From Dehalococcoidia bacterium (GTDB lineage: Bacteria; Chloroflexota; Dehalococcoidia; Lucifugimonadales; GCA-2712585): a stretch of 64,000 nt of DNA. Location: NCBI GenBank assembly GCA_965208725.1, contig CBDBPI010000001.1, positions 668,687 to 732,686 on the forward strand. Reading direction: 5' to 3'. This document shows, piece by piece, positions 63,107-64,000 of this stretch. The notes under the pieces are model-generated. The model was not told where the DNA came from. It saw only the letters and a list, made by a program, of their open reading frames with translations, and did not search any database. The translations under genes and the position numbers were made by a program. Every line of letters starts with the position of its first letter. Position 1 is the first letter of the stretch.

Positions 63107-63577
63107 ATGCGAGTGATGGCTAAGACGTGCGTCGTCGAGTATATCGACCACGTGGGAGTGGCCGTTTCCGATATAGACGCAGCCATGGCATTCTTCATGG
63201 AGACTTTCGGCGTGCCCAGGGCAGAGGTGGAGGAACTGGAGGACCAGGGAGTGCGCGCGGCGCTGATTGAGGTGGGGCAGACCCGGTTGGAGCTGCTCCA
63301 GCCCACGGGCCCCGAGACGCCCGTGGGCCGGTTCATCGAGCGGCGTGGCGAAGGGCTGCACCACCTTGCATTCAACGTCAAGGACGCCGCCGAAAGCCTG
63401 GAGGCCGTCAAGTCCCAGGGGCTGCAGGTGATAGACGAGACGCCACGGGAGGGGCTTTCAGGCATCATTGCATTCATTCACCCCAAGTCGGTCTACGGGG
63501 TGCTGACAGAGCTGGTACAGAGCGTGGGGGAGAGTCCAAGGGCAGTTAACCTGAGCAGGACGAATCATAATGACTAA
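63107..63577 (+). CDS. mce: methylmalonyl-CoA epimerase (VOC fold)
   Basis: [18 protein letters not shown]...LELLQP......[14 protein letters not shown]...[14 protein letters not shown]. The start may be ATG 63116. Confidence 0.85.
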   Translation: MRVMAKTCVVEYIDHVGVAVSDIDAAMAFFMETFGVPRAEVEELEDQGVRAALIEVGQTRLELLQPTGPETPVGRFIERRGEGLHHLAFNVKDAAESLEAVKSQGLQVIDETPREGLSGIIAFIHPKSVYGVLTELVQSVGESPRAVNLSRTNHND

Positions 63578-63986
63578 TTCGCAACAGATAATCAGGGTTT
63601 TGGTAGCAAAACCCGGCCTGGATGGACACGACCGCGGAGCGAAGGTGATAGCCCGGGCCTTGAGAGACGCCGGTATGGAAGTCGTCTACACGGGTATACG
63701 CCAAACGCCCCGGATGATTGTGGAAACGGCGCTTCAGGAAGACGTGGACGTCATCGGCCTCAGCATCCTGTCCGGGGCGCACATGGTCCTATTCCCGGAA
63801 ATCATATCCGGCCTGAGGGAAAACGGAATGGAGGACGTGCTGCTGGTGGCGGGGGGAATCATCCCCCTGGAGGATCACGCGGAGCTTGAGAAGATGGGCA
63901 TGAGGGGCATTTTCGGGCCAGGAGCCTCCACGAGGGACATCGTGAGTTTCATCAGGGAGAGCGTGGATGAGAGGGAGAAACCTTAG
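63570..63986 (+). CDS. methylmalonyl-CoA mutase small subunit (cobalamin-binding domain)
   Basis: 138 aa with [18 protein letters not shown] (the DxHxxG B12 motif), GLSILSGAH and GGIIP. Confidence 0.9.
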   Translation: MTNSQQIIRVLVAKPGLDGHDRGAKVIARALRDAGMEVVYTGIRQTPRMIVETALQEDVDVIGLSILSGAHMVLFPEIISGLRENGMEDVLLVAGGIIPLEDHAELEKMGMRGIFGPGASTRDIVSFIRESVDEREKP

Positions 63987-64000
63987 ACCAACTTGTTCAC

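Overview
This 64-kb chromosomal window is roughly 60% GC by eye and densely coding, with about 75 protein genes. I found no rRNA, tRNA, CRISPR array, transposase or integrase. The gene content includes F420 cofE plus an F420-type PPOX protein, GuaB3, PAC2, an LprG-like lipoprotein paired with an MFS pump, a caa3-type oxidase with ctaA and ctaG, and a split methylmalonyl-CoA mutase. There are also many TTGACA-N17/18-TAGAAT/TAGAGT promoters and apparently leaderless genes. Together these suggest a monoderm lineage such as Chloroflexota or Actinomycetota, but that cannot be settled without a database search. The backbone comprises trkA/trkH, two his blocks (hisH-hisA and hisF-HAD-hisIE), pcrA, thrS, infC-rpmI-rplT, the cytochrome oxidase cluster, moeA, pheST, rplU-rpmA-rpmE, acs, citrate synthase, rsmG, and an acyl-CoA dehydrogenase / methylmalonyl-CoA mutase / epimerase block. 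Accessory content includes VapBC, HigBA-like and HicAB modules and an orphan HicB-like gene. It also includes lower-GC single-gene inserts (24.3-25.3 kb unknown protein; 42.3-43.2 kb EEP nuclease/phosphatase), a PaREP1/HEPN-like gene inserted behind the mutase with a duplicated mutase 3-prime end, and a triple-repeat protein paired with a DUF6516-like gene. The most unusual structure is a ~4.9-kb insert between ctaG and ctaC (30.9-35.8 kb). It carries a 746-aa S1-type protease (PKD-PKD-FN3 plus a Trp/Cys/Arg-rich tail). Upstream of the protease lie three tandem cassettes. Each cassette has an almost identical promoter, leader and signal-peptide module (58-nt perfect core) joined to a strongly diverged lipoprotein body. 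Two of the cassettes are followed by short unannotated ORFs that copy only the first ~40 codons of the protease. All calls rest on reading the sequence and recalled family signatures. No searches were run, start codons are approximate where noted, and identity and GC values are by-eye estimates.
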